Origin: Trichodesmium erythraeum IMS101
GTDB taxonomy: Bacteria > Cyanobacteriota > Cyanobacteriia > Cyanobacteriales > Microcoleaceae
Direction of reading: 5' to 3'
NCBI RefSeq assembly: GCF_000014265.1
Contig: NC_008312.1
Coordinates: forward strand, 930,001 to 962,000
Length of the DNA: 32,000 nt
The stretch's first letter is position 1. The number at the start of each line of letters is the position of its first letter. A program made the position numbers and the translations under genes. The notes under the pieces are model-generated. The model worked only from the letters and a program-made list of their open reading frames with translations. It was not told the origin of the DNA and did not search any database. This document shows, piece by piece, positions 1-10,018 of this stretch.

Positions 1-585
1 CAAAAATGGCTCTATGAAAAGTTAATTGTACATTTTTCTTTAGTGGCAGTTCAAGGTGCAATGGAAGCCGCACCAAGTATGGGATATGCTGATATGATTG
101 CTGATATAACTAGCACTGGTACAACTCTCAGAGAAAATCGTTTAAAACAAATTGAAGGAGGTACACTTATAGAATCTCAAGCTTGTTTAATTGGTAATAA
201 ACGCTTGTTACAAGAAAATAAAATTAAATTAGAAACAACTCAAGTATTTTTAGAGTTGCTCGAGGCACAAATGGAGTCGAAAAAGTATGTTTCAATAACA
301 GCAAATGTAGATGGAAAATCACTAGATGAAATAGGCGATCGCCTCATGTATAAAAGTCAATTAACTGGTATTGCTGGTCTACAAGGACCAACTATTGCTA
401 AAGTATATTCTAGGGAAAAAAATAGCTTGTATGCTGTGACAATTGTAGTTAAACAAAGTATGTTATTGCCAGCAATTAACCATCTGAGAAATGTAGGTGG
501 TACAGATATGACAGTTTCTTCTCCTAGTTATGTTTTTGGTTCCCAGTCTCAAATTTATGAGTCATTTTTGTCAAAGCTAAAATAA
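1..585 (+). CDS. hisG: ATP phosphoribosyltransferase (long form), 3' portion; the 5' end lies outside the window
   Basis: Frame 1 is open from nt 1, with no stop before the tracked ORF at 43. The translation GYADMIADITSTGTTLRENRLKQIEGGTLIESQACLIGNK fits the conserved HisG signature (AD-x-I-x-D-x-x-STG-x-TL-x-x-N-L ... S-x-A-x-LI). A ~90-aa HisG C-terminal regulatory-type domain follows. Confidence 0.8.
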   Translation, partial: QKWLYEKLIVHFSLVAVQGAMEAAPSMGYADMIADITSTGTTLRENRLKQIEGGTLIESQACLIGNKRLLQENKIKLETTQVFLELLEAQMESKKYVSITANVDGKSLDEIGDRLMYKSQLTGIAGLQGPTIAKVYSREKNSLYAVTIVVKQSMLLPAINHLRNVGGTDMTVSSPSYVFGSQSQIYESFLSKLK

Positions 586-855
586 TCTTTTATCCCTGGA
601 TAAATGAGCTCTTTTTAAGGAAAAATATTTACTTGATCTAGCCTATCTTTCATACCATTTATAAAAAAATTCTACATTTTATTTAGCTGAGGATATGGCA
701 GATGAGGTAGTAGCGTTGCATATAATTTTCACACAAACAAAATAAGAATAATTAATACCCACTCTGACTAATAATAATCATAAAGGTTATTTACCCCATG
801 TTAATTCTTAATAATTAAAGCCTTGTTTAAGTATAGTATTATTTTTTTCATCCTT

Positions 856-864
856 TGGTATAAT
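856..864 (+). promoter_or_regulatory. Candidate extended -10 element (TGgTATAAT) for the ferredoxin gene
   Basis: tggtataat lies at 856-864, 44 nt upstream of the ATG at 908. I saw no convincing -35. In spacers this AT-rich, TATAAT-like strings are frequent by chance. Confidence 0.3.
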
Positions 865-907
865 ATAATTTTTGAATTAATAAGTTTAAACTTTTAAATA
901 AACTAAA

Positions 908-1135
908 ATGCCACATACAATTGTTACTAATATTTGCGAAGGTGTTGCTGACTGTGCTAATGCCTGTCCAGTTGCTTGTATCCATTCAGGGCCAGGTAAA
1001 AATAATAAGGGAACTGATTGGTATTGGGTTGATTTTGATTCCTGTATTGACTGCGGAATTTGTTTGGAAGTTTGTCCTGTAGAAAAAGCAGTACTTGCTG
1101 AGGAAAGACCTGAATTACAGCAGACTCCAGAGTAG
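908..1135 (+). CDS. Small two-cluster bacterial-type ferredoxin (75 aa)
   Basis: There are two Cys clusters. The first is C10-x5-C16-x3-C20-P-x2-C24. The second is the canonical C46-x2-C49-x2-C52-x3-C56-P. ATG start; length is typical of 2x Fe-S ferredoxins. Confidence 0.85.
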   Translation: MPHTIVTNICEGVADCANACPVACIHSGPGKNNKGTDWYWVDFDSCIDCGICLEVCPVEKAVLAEERPELQQTPE

Positions 1136-1528
1136 CTCTTAGATGGGAAGAATTTAATTAAAAAATAGGGATAAACTTAGTGCTAGTTTGCGATCGCTAT
1201 TTGATATTATAACAACCATTATCCTATAATAAATTATATGTAAAATTTGACATTTATACATAATTGAAATTTGTAGAAATTTAATCTCCAAATCTCTACC
1301 TAGTAAATAGATTAGTTTAATTATCTGAGCTATATTTCCTGAAAGCAAAAAATAATAATTAGGGCAATAGACCCAATTTCTTTTTTTGTACTTAATATCA
1401 TTTATCTTTGAATACCCACTTTGGAAAACTCTAGGGAATGGGGAATAGAAAGTAAAACGAATAATTTTTGCTTTCTAACCCACCCTAAAAAAATCTATAA
1501 ACAAATTCTTAACTGAACCGTATTGACT

Positions 1529-2113
1529 TTAAATTCGACTTAACAATTTACTGGCATAGAGTTCTTTTGGCATATCCTCAACTCTAGCTCCTTGCTGGTG
1601 CAGCTCTAGCTTCATATCCTTGGACAAACCGATAGCAAGAGCAAATTTTGTCTCAGTCACATTCACTTTAGTTATCTTTATATCTCTGAGGTCAGCACCA
1701 CTTAAATTGGCACCACTCAAATTAGTACCAATTAAAGTTGCTTTATGTAAATTAGTACGACTCATGTCAGCATAACTGAGATGAGCATAACTTAAAATTG
1801 CCCCACTCAAATCTGCAGCACTTAAGTCAGCCCCACTTAAATCTGCACCAGTTAAATTTGCACGAGTTAGGTTAGCACCACTCAAATTTGCACCACTCAA
1901 ATTTGCACCATATAAATTAGCACCTATCAAAGTAGAATTATACAGATTAATACCAATCAAATTCGCTCTAAATAGATTAGCTCGGAACAAGTTAGCACGA
2001 AACAAATTTACACCAGCTAAACTAACATTATTAAGGTTAGCTCGAAATAAATCAGTATCTCGAAAATTTCGTTCTCCGGCAGCATAACGTTCTAACAACC
2101 GTTCAACTTCCAT
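1529..2113 (-). CDS. Pentapeptide-repeat protein (194 aa)
   Basis: About 25 consecutive A(D/N)L(S/F/T)x pentapeptides (ANLFRANLFRANLFRANL, ANLSGANLSGANLTRANLTGADLSGADLSAADLSGA) fill most of the ORF. Confidence 0.9.
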   Translation of the reverse strand: MEVERLLERYAAGERNFRDTDLFRANLNNVSLAGVNLFRANLFRANLFRANLIGINLYNSTLIGANLYGANLSGANLSGANLTRANLTGADLSGADLSAADLSGAILSYAHLSYADMSRTNLHKATLIGTNLSGANLSGADLRDIKITKVNVTETKFALAIGLSKDMKLELHQQGARVEDMPKELYASKLLSRI

Positions 2114-2939
2114 AATTTTTTTCTCTTAATATTTTATTCAAGTTTTTACCTTAATATTTGAAATAGACTTCTCTTATTTCAAACTTTAAAAACAAAAGAC
2201 TTATATTAACCATTGTGGAACGTTGTGAAAAGTTAACCTAACTTTTATAATATTTTTTTATAAAAATTAAGATATCTTAAATAAATTGATAAATATCAAT
2301 ATAACAAAACACTATAATTGAACCATATTTTCATGGTCTAAAAGTATTTTTAGAAAATAACTATAAATTCTATAATTGGTCAGTTTATTAATTAAATATA
2401 ACTAAATTTTTATTGAAAACAAGATAAGTATTAAGGCAAATTTTGCCAACAATTATAAGTAAAAAATTATCTTATTTTGATAATAAATGGGAATAGTATT
2501 ATAAGCAAGTGAATCATAATCATATATCTCAATACTATCCATTATAAATCTTATTATTAAGCTTATTAAAGCCTTATTATCATTTTCCTAAGTATGTATT
2601 TTTGGAGATATATATTGTGTATTAAAAGACAGAAAAAAATTGCTATTTGCGAAATATGCCTTAGGAAAAAACATTATATTGCAGCAATTATAGTTATGTG
2701 GAACAATCATAATGTAGGCACTACAAAAGTGATTAAAAATAGAACTTTAATAACAGTAGAGCAAACTGTTAAATAAAAAACTTGTGGAGGTGGTATAGTA
2801 GAAGTACAACTCAACTTGTTTAATTCCTTATCTAGTTAATAATCTCTTAAACAAGAATCTCCCATGATAATTAATCTTATTTAATGTTTAATGGTGAGAG
2901 TATTAAAATTCAAAATTTTCTATTATTGAGAAATAATTC

Positions 2940-4169
2940 GTGACTATTACACCTCTAAATCCAACTTCCACTCAACAACCAGATTCTCTAGGCAGATTTG
3001 GCAAGTTTGGCGGTAAATATGTCCCAGAAACATTAATGCCTGCCCTATTGCAGCTAGAGACAGCCTGTAAAAAATACAGTCAAGACCCTACTTTTAAACA
3101 AGAACTTCAACAACTATTACGAGACTATGTAGGTCGCCCTAGCCCTCTTTACTTCGCCGAACGTTTGACAGCTCATTACACCAAACCTGATGGTACAGGG
3201 CCACAAATTTACCTGAAAAGGGAAGACCTTAACCATACAGGAGCCCACAAAATCAACAATGCTCTAGGCCAAGCCTTATTAGCCCAGAGAATGGGCAAAC
3301 AACGCATTATTGCTGAAACAGGTGCAGGTCAACATGGTGTGGCCACCGCTACAGTTTGCGCTCGGTTTGGCTTGAAGTGTGTCATTTACATGGGCATTCA
3401 CGACATGGAACGTCAAGCTCTAAATGTATTCAGAATGCGACTGATGGGGGCGGAGGTGCGACCAGTAGAAGCTGGCACCGGTACCCTCAAAGATGCAACT
3501 TCGGAAGCTATTCGCGACTGGGTGACTAATGTGGAGACAACCCATTATATTCTAGGCTCCGTTGCTGGGCCCCATCCTTACCCAATGATGGTGCGTGATT
3601 TTCATGCTGTCATTGGGGTCGAAACCCGCGCTCAATGTTTGGAAAAATGGAATGGTTTGCCTGACATTTTGATGGCTTGTGTTGGCGGGGGGTCTAATGC
3701 CATGGGATTATTCCATGAGTTTATTAATGATCCGTCGGTGCGGATGATCGGTGTGGAAGCTGCTGGTAAGGGAGTTGATACGAATAAGCATGCTGCGACT
3801 CTGACTCTTGGTCGAGTAGGTGTGTTGCATGGGGCAATGAGTTATTTGTTGCAGGATGAGGAAGGTCAGATAATAGAACCCCACTCTATTAGCGCTGGTT
3901 TAGATTATCCTGGAGTAGGACCTGAGCATAGCTTTTTAAAGGATAGTGGTAGAGTCGAATATTATAGTGTGACCGATAATGAGGCGGTGGCAGCTTTTCA
4001 ACGTTTGTCTCAGTTAGAGGGTATTATTCCAGCTTTAGAGACTGCTCATGCGATCGCTTATCTAGAAACTCTTTGCCCACAGTTAAGTGGTAGTCCCCGC
4101 ATTGTCTTTAATTGCTCCGGCCGTGGGGATAAAGACGTGCAGACAGTAGGGAAGTTTTTGGAGGGGTAA
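2940..4169 (+). CDS. trpB: Tryptophan synthase beta chain
   Basis: [19 protein letters not shown] at the N-terminus, PLP-lysine motif HTGAHKINN, and GGGSNAMG. Full length is 409 aa. GTG start. Confidence 0.95.
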   Translation: MTITPLNPTSTQQPDSLGRFGKFGGKYVPETLMPALLQLETACKKYSQDPTFKQELQQLLRDYVGRPSPLYFAERLTAHYTKPDGTGPQIYLKREDLNHTGAHKINNALGQALLAQRMGKQRIIAETGAGQHGVATATVCARFGLKCVIYMGIHDMERQALNVFRMRLMGAEVRPVEAGTGTLKDATSEAIRDWVTNVETTHYILGSVAGPHPYPMMVRDFHAVIGVETRAQCLEKWNGLPDILMACVGGGSNAMGLFHEFINDPSVRMIGVEAAGKGVDTNKHAATLTLGRVGVLHGAMSYLLQDEEGQIIEPHSISAGLDYPGVGPEHSFLKDSGRVEYYSVTDNEAVAAFQRLSQLEGIIPALETAHAIAYLETLCPQLSGSPRIVFNCSGRGDKDVQTVGKFLEG

Positions 4170-4178
4170 TTAATTCTT

Positions 4179-4201
4179 AGAGGTTTGGACACCAAACCTC
4201 T
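4179..4201 (+). terminator. Stem-loop immediately after trpB (possible terminator or attachment-site core)
   Basis: agaggtttgg / ccaaacctct forms a 10-bp perfect inverted repeat with a 3-nt centre, 10 nt after the trpB stop. No U-tract follows, so terminator function is uncertain. Confidence 0.4.
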
Positions 4202-4520
4202 ACCCATAACAGAAATTTCAGATTAAAGGCACTTATGCATTTACAGCAGATTTCAGGCCAATGATGTACAAAGTAAATAGTAAAAATTATCTACTGCCCG
4301 CATCTTGTCCCCGTAGCTGTATCTTATAACAACGGAAAGCGCCGTATGAGTAAAACATAATCAAGACTTACCCAAGCATGCTATGTATAGAGTACTGTCA
4401 TATTTAATTTTCAATACTATAATTAGTTATTTTTCGGATAGATATTACTTTGAAGATATATAATTGCATTTAGCCATATTCCCATCAACTAATTAGTGAG
4501 CTACTCCATCAGAAAATTTT

Positions 4521-5816
4521 ATGATATTAACTCAAAAGCCTTTACTAAAGACTATAATCTTTGCATTTGTTTATCTTAGCTTAATTCCTTTTGCCAAAGC
4601 TTTGCCTGTAGCTAAAACTCCCGAAGAAATTGGACTTTCTTCATCTAAACTAGAAGCAATTACAGAAGAACTGGAGCTACTTGTAAATACCAGGCAAATT
4701 GCTGGAGGAGTACTCACAGTAATCAGAAATGGTAAAGTAGGTTATCGTAAAACAGTAGGCTTCAGAAACTTAGAAACCGAAGAGTTAATACAAGTGAATG
4801 ATATCTTTCGGATTGCTTCTATGACCAAGATTATAACTGGTTTTGCAGCTTATCTTTTAAAACAAGATAACTTGATTGATTTTAATGATCCGGTCTCTAA
4901 ATACATTGAGAGTTATGGGAGTCTGAAAGTGTTGATTCCTGGAAAATCTGGAGAAGCAAGTGATTTCACTACAGTTACTGCTAAAAACCAAATTACTATT
5001 CAGCATTTACTAAACCACACTTCTGGATTAAAAGCAGGAATTTCCAATAGCATCTCTGGTAACTCTGCAACAATTGGTGAAGCAATGGAGAAACTTGTAA
5101 ATATTCCCTTGCAATTTGAACCAGGAAGTGCTTTTCTCTACAGTAACTTAAACTCGGATTTATTAGGCTATTTAATAGAAGTAGTATCAGAGCAGACACT
5201 AGCTGAGTTTTTTGAAGCTAGAATTTTTCAACCACTAGAGATGAAGGATACTTCTTTTTTTGTCCGTGAAGAAAAATTAGACCGTCTCACCACTGTATAT
5301 ACTCCTAAGAATAATAATTTGAAACCTCTTGTTAACAATGCTGACGTTTTTAAACAGACCTATTTCTCTGGAGGAGGAGGTTTATATTCTACTATTAACG
5401 ACTATTCTCGTTTTCTCCAAATGCTTCTCTCACAAGGCCAGTTAATTAGCAAAGATGGTCAAACAGTAATTCAGGTGGCTGACGCAAAAACAGTAGAAGA
5501 ATTTCTTTCAATTAAACCCGAAGATTTAGAAATTAACCCATTTTTTCAACAATTATTAGGTGGGGCTAGCTATCGTTTCACTAATGGTATGGCCGTTAAG
5601 TCAGCACCTAGTGAAACAGTAGCTTCAATAGGTGCCTTCAAATGGTTCGGTGCCTACAGTACTTATTATTTTGTTGATCCAAAAAAAGAGTTGATTGGTA
5701 TATTAATGACACAAATTCCATTTGCTCCATTTCTATTGCAAACTAACTTGATAAATAAATTTGAATCTCTTATTTACAATTCGCTTTGTAATAATTGTCA
5801 AGATGTAGAACCTTAG
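4521..5816 (+). CDS. Secreted serine hydrolase of the beta-lactamase / class C PBP-esterase family (431 aa)
   Basis: N-terminal hydrophobic signal-like segment (LLKTIIFAFVYLSLIPFAKA). S-x-x-K active-site motif (ASMTKI). A downstream Y-S-N motif (LYSNLN), as in AmpC/EstB-type enzymes. Confidence 0.8.
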   Translation: MILTQKPLLKTIIFAFVYLSLIPFAKALPVAKTPEEIGLSSSKLEAITEELELLVNTRQIAGGVLTVIRNGKVGYRKTVGFRNLETEELIQVNDIFRIASMTKIITGFAAYLLKQDNLIDFNDPVSKYIESYGSLKVLIPGKSGEASDFTTVTAKNQITIQHLLNHTSGLKAGISNSISGNSATIGEAMEKLVNIPLQFEPGSAFLYSNLNSDLLGYLIEVVSEQTLAEFFEARIFQPLEMKDTSFFVREEKLDRLTTVYTPKNNNLKPLVNNADVFKQTYFSGGGGLYSTINDYSRFLQMLLSQGQLISKDGQTVIQVADAKTVEEFLSIKPEDLEINPFFQQLLGGASYRFTNGMAVKSAPSETVASIGAFKWFGAYSTYYFVDPKKELIGILMTQIPFAPFLLQTNLINKFESLIYNSLCNNCQDVEP

Positions 5817-6570
5817 GCGTATTAGTCAAGTAGGGCGAAAGAAAAAGAAGCATGAAAGTGGCTACTATCGATACCCCTTATCTATTTACGCAGAATTCCA
5901 CAAGGAAAACAACTTTTTATTTTTCCATAAACTAATGCTTAGAATTGTCCTAATTTAGTTCAAAATTATTATATTCTGAGTTTTTGTTCTGCCTCATATC
6001 ATGGGCGTTAGATGATGTTAAAAAGCAGTTGAATCTCTATAGGAAGCAATTAACAATTAATCAATAGAAATCAGTGTTAGAAGTAGAGAAAGCTTTATTA
6101 GCAGAAAAAGAAAAATTTGATGAGGTGGTAAAAGCTAATGAAACATATAAAAATAAACTTATAAAATACCTTTTGCTGATAAATTCTCTAGGATCTGAAA
6201 AGGCTTTGTTGTATAAAAGTAAAGTTGCGATCGCAGCAAACCCCCCTTGTGGAAGTTAACTAGAACTAAACCCATGTAACTTTTGAGTTTACCTGTTTGA
6301 ATCATACCTTTCAACATGGCACATTGCATGAATAACTCTACTCCCTAAGCATCAAATTTTCCTCGCCGCAAATTACCTCCAAATGTTACTTTTAGCCTAA
6401 ACATAGTAGTTTCGGATCAGGAGCGTCGATGGTAGCCACTTTTACCCTTCCACTTCTTTTACCCACAGATATGAATACCTCTGAGATGTTCATCTCTAGG
6501 ATGATGAGCCCCTCTACAATTGCCATAATGCCAGATAAACCCATTTTTTTTCTGGCAGACAGACCTTAAG

Positions 6571-6650
6571 GATAAAGACGTGCAGACGGTAAGGAAGTTT
6601 TTTGGAGGGATAATTTATTGTAGGGGTTTACTCTCTAAACCTCCACTGAA
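6571..6650 (+). pseudogene. Displaced, decaying copy of the last ~14 codons of trpB plus its downstream hairpin
   Basis: 6571-6587 is identical to 4128-4144 (gataaagacgtgcagac). Similarity continues through the stop region with a few substitutions and one extra T. A diverged copy of the hairpin sits at 6623-6643. Confidence 0.7.
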
Positions 6651-6727
6651 ATTTTAGCAAAATTTATAGTGCACTGACAAAATTGAAATTCAGAATCACT
6701 ATGGTATATCTTTAAATAACAACTATA

Positions 6728-6825
6728 GGAAATTGGGAGTAATTTAAAATAGAAAAATATTCTTATTATGGCTAACTAATTAGACTTAATATTATTAAAA
6801 AATAGTCAAGTCTTGCCATAACAAG
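6728..6825 (+). repeat. Dispersed repeat family, copy A (degenerate; mini-ORF start lost)
   Basis: ggaaattgggagtaatttaaaatagaaaaatattcttattatggctaactaattagactt aligns with copies at 28934 and 31435. The tail ...agtcttgccata matches ...agtcttgacata in copy B. Confidence 0.5.
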
Positions 6826-6922
6826 AATTATCAGAAAAAAGCTAATCCACTATTTTAGCTGTGTCGGCCTAGTAGCCAAATGAAGTTTTTTATTTAAGTG
6901 CTTACGAGAAGCAATACATAAA

Positions 6923-8272
6923 TTAAGCTGACTCCGGTTTAGGCAAAGACGAAGGATGCAATAACAACTCTGCAGTTGATCGCTTTTCCACCATTTCCTT
7001 AGTAATAGTGCAACGACTCACATCCTTCCGTGATGGTAGCTCATACATCACATCCAACATCAACTCCTCAACAATACCCCGCAAAGCTCGCGCCCCAGTC
7101 TTTCTCCTAAATGCTTCCTTCGCGATCGCCCGTACAGCATCCTCCTCAAACTCCAACTTCACATTATCCATCCGTAACAGCTTTTGATACTGCTTCACCA
7201 GAGCATTCTGAGGTTTCGTCAAAATTGCCATCAGAGTCTCCTCATCGAGAGGTTCAACGACAGCCACCATAGGTATTCGCCCAATCAATTCTGGGATCAA
7301 ACCAAACTTCACCAAATCATTTGGTTCCATTTGCTTCATTAAATCTACAACTTTTTTCTCCTTAACCTGATAACTGTCCCCACTCTGGTGAATAAAGCCC
7401 ATTGACTTTTTACCAATTCTTTGATCTACTATCTTTTCTAAACCAACAAAAGCACCACCACAGATAAATAAAATATTACTCGTATCGATCTGAATACAAT
7501 CTTGATAGGGATGTTTCCGACCACCTTGTGGAGGAACATTAGCAACAGTTCCCTCCAACATCTTTAATAAGGCTTGCTGCACACCCTCCCCAGAAACATC
7601 TCTTGTTATAGAAGGGTTCTCACTCTTACGAGCTATTTTATCAATCTCATCAATATATATAATTCCCCGTTGTGCTTCATCCACTTCTAAATCTGCTACT
7701 TGTAAAAGTCGTAGCAAAATATTCTCCACGTCCTCCCCAACATATCCAGCTTCAGTTAAAGTCGTCGCATCTGCCACGGCAAAAGGCACATCCAATAAAT
7801 CCGCCAAAGTTTGAGCCAACAACGTTTTTCCACAACCTGTGGGCCCAATCAACAAAATATTAGACTTTTGTAATTCCACCTCATCTTGAGAGGACTTACC
7901 ACTTTTTTTGGCCTCTAGAAAACTCAGACGTTTATAGTGGTTATAAACTGCCACTGATAAAACCTTCTTACCTTCCTCCTGACCAATAACATGAGCATCC
8001 AGATAATTCTTTATTTCCCTAGGCTTAGGTATTTGACTAATAGATAATCTCTTAGTACCAGTCCCTCGTTTTTGGGGTGCTGGTGCTGGACGTGGTATTG
8101 GTGGTTGTGCTCCTGTAGCATTGGAGTCAAAAAGCTCCTCATCCAAAATCTCATTGCACAACTCTACACATTCATCACATATATAAACTCCAGGTCCAGC
8201 TATCAATTTCCTAACCTGCTCTTGAGACTTGCCACAGAATGAACATTTTAGATGGGAGTCGTATTTAGACAT
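6923..8272 (-). CDS. clpX: ATP-dependent Clp protease ATP-binding subunit ClpX
   Basis: N-terminal C4 zinc finger (CSFCGK...CDEC), Walker A GPTGCGKT, Walker [10 protein letters not shown]. The start lies 9 nt downstream of the clpP stop, preceded by an aagagg RBS. Confidence 0.95.
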   Translation of the reverse strand: MSKYDSHLKCSFCGKSQEQVRKLIAGPGVYICDECVELCNEILDEELFDSNATGAQPPIPRPAPAPQKRGTGTKRLSISQIPKPREIKNYLDAHVIGQEEGKKVLSVAVYNHYKRLSFLEAKKSGKSSQDEVELQKSNILLIGPTGCGKTLLAQTLADLLDVPFAVADATTLTEAGYVGEDVENILLRLLQVADLEVDEAQRGIIYIDEIDKIARKSENPSITRDVSGEGVQQALLKMLEGTVANVPPQGGRKHPYQDCIQIDTSNILFICGGAFVGLEKIVDQRIGKKSMGFIHQSGDSYQVKEKKVVDLMKQMEPNDLVKFGLIPELIGRIPMVAVVEPLDEETLMAILTKPQNALVKQYQKLLRMDNVKLEFEEDAVRAIAKEAFRRKTGARALRGIVEELMLDVMYELPSRKDVSRCTITKEMVEKRSTAELLLHPSSLPKPESA

Positions 8273-8281
8273 AACTGCCTC

Positions 8282-8977
8282 TTATTGCATTGCAGGGACA
8301 GACTCTCCTGGTACAGGAAGATTCTGTCTAGTAATCACTTGATCAATCAGGCCATAGTTTTTAGCCTCTTCTGCGGACATAAAAAAGTCACGCTCTGTAT
8401 CAACCTCTATTTTTTCTAGAGGTTGACCTGTATGTTCTGCTAATAATTCATTTAGCTTACGCTTATGATAAAGGATTTCCTTAGCTTGAATCTCAATATC
8501 TACAGCTTGACCCTGAGCACCACCTAGAGGCTGGTGAATCATAATTCTAGAACTAGGAAGAGACATTCTCTTACCTTTTGCTCCACCAGATAGAAGAAAA
8601 GCCCCCATACTTGCTGCTAAACCATAGCAAATTGTAACTACATCAGGTCGTACCTGTTGCATCGTATCGTATATAGCCATTCCTGCAGTCACTGAGCCTC
8701 CAGGAGAGTTTATATATAGTTGGATATCTTTTTCTGGGTCTTCAGCATCCAAGAATAACATTTGGGCTGTGATGGTATTTGCCAAATTCTCATCTACTTG
8801 AGTTCCCAGAAAAATTATTCTTTCCCGAAGTAGTCGTGAGTATAAGTCAAAAGCCCTCTCTCCCATGCCTGACTGTTCCACAACCATTGGCACAATATTA
8901 CTAGGGCCGGAATAAACTTGTGACTTGCTATAACTACTATTAACTAAATTATCAGAATATTGAGATAGAACCATCAT
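8282..8977 (-). CDS. clpP: ATP-dependent Clp protease proteolytic subunit
   Basis: [19 protein letters not shown], catalytic Ser context [11 protein letters not shown], and His context IMIHQPLGG. Located directly upstream of clpX. The N-terminal ~30 aa extension makes the exact start uncertain. Confidence 0.93.
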   Translation of the reverse strand: MMVLSQYSDNLVNSSYSKSQVYSGPSNIVPMVVEQSGMGERAFDLYSRLLRERIIFLGTQVDENLANTITAQMLFLDAEDPEKDIQLYINSPGGSVTAGMAIYDTMQQVRPDVVTICYGLAASMGAFLLSGGAKGKRMSLPSSRIMIHQPLGGAQGQAVDIEIQAKEILYHKRKLNELLAEHTGQPLEKIEVDTERDFFMSAEEAKNYGLIDQVITRQNLPVPGESVPAMQ

Positions 8978-10018
8978 AAACTGGTTTATTTATCAATTTT
9001 AATTTTTGGCTCAGTATATTTCGAGCTAAATATCATTATGCCGTATTTTTACTAATTTTAGTAATCCAACACTTATCTTGCTCAAAGCTAGTGCTCAAGC
9101 CATCAACTTTAAATCTTCATGTCATTAACAGTTAAAGCGATAACTGTTGGATACATTGTTTTGCTTAGAGTACTAAACCCCATCGCTAAGATTTTAAGGA
9201 CCATTTGCTGACTTTAATCCGCACAGTGGTCACTCAGACCTCCATTATTTAATATCGCTTAACCTACGGCCGATACTATTAAGTACCAACAATTGTTAAC
9301 AATGCACAGAAGGATTAACCGGGCTCAGAGGTTTCCCCTAATGTCTACAAGAGAACTTGTAGAAGCTTTTCAGAACTAGCATTGCCTTGCTTATCGACCC
9401 TCACAGAAGTTTCAATTACTTGATTATGGGCTTAGGTACCTGATCAGGAATTCGGTTAAGCAGTGGCCAGGTTTGATACCAAAATCTACTTATCAAATTT
9501 TACCATAATCTATATTACTTAATAAGTATAACATAAGTATAACTATATCCCTGATATACAAGCTTATGTGAATAAACATTAGTAAATCAACAATAGTTAA
9601 CTAACCTTGGCTCCCAAAATAAATTTTGTTTCTTGGCCTTACAGGAGTGTTATCTTGTCTAACAAGCTACTCACTATCCCAAGTATAGTTTACTTTTTGG
9701 CTTTTTTCTGTTTGATGCTAAATAATTACCTAAAAATTGTGTTTAAAACCTCTCCCGTAAGATGGCTACTTTTTAGTTGTTTCTTTTTACATACATCTGT
9801 TATAATAAGACTTAATTAACTACTGGCGGGGGCCGTTAGGAGTCAAATAGATTAAACGAATCTAGCAGATAATGGTTTGAAAATGGATCAAGTTTCCCTG
9901 TCGTGACTCTAATTGCAGTAGCATATCTGAAACATCAACCCCCACAGGGATTTCACTCCCATTATATCTAACCCCGCGGCGGGAATAACCGTGGGTATAT
10001 CAGTCAATCTTCTGCCTC

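Noticed and set aside
1154-1348. Small ORFs in AT-rich spacers: 1154-1348, 2594-2776, 9607-9819, 11824-12027, 14356-14544, 17646-17843
   Set aside because: They are 60-70 aa long with I/L/F/K/N/Y-rich composition typical of translated AT-rich DNA. Several have non-ATG starts and none has an RBS or recognisable motif. 17646-17843 runs straight through the rnj terminator, and 11824-12027 overlaps repeat module 1.
1340-1478. Long-range inverted repeat, gaaagcaaaaa (about 1341) against tttttgctttc (about 1468), between the ferredoxin and pentapeptide genes
   Set aside because: The arms are 11 nt, A/T-rich and 115 nt apart, and no supporting features accompany them. This is within what chance produces in such spacers.
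6074-6259. 61-aa ORF (MLEVEKALLAEKEKFDEVV...) as an intact gene
   Set aside because: Its coiled-coil-like sequence continues upstream in the same frame across an in-frame TAG at 6065. It ends in a low-quality tail, so I treat it as a fragment of a decayed gene (see the finding for 5841-6461).
9438-9475. Resemblance of tcaggaattcggttaagcagtggcc to the SRP (4.5S) RNA domain IV consensus (UCAGGUCCGGAAGGAAGCAGCC)
   Set aside because: The UCAGG and AAGCAG blocks match. The intervening segment, however, cannot form the required GNRA-capped helix: aau/uua does not pair. The flanking helix-5 pairing is also not evident. This is likely coincidental.
8978-10018. Group II intron, tRNA or tmRNA hidden in the tig-clpP spacer
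   Set aside because: No domain V-like AGC...GNRA...ACGGU hairpin is present on either strand. The only GUGCG (minus strand, about 9229) has too little downstream sequence for an intron. No T-loop (GGTTCRANYC) or acceptor-stem pattern is present.
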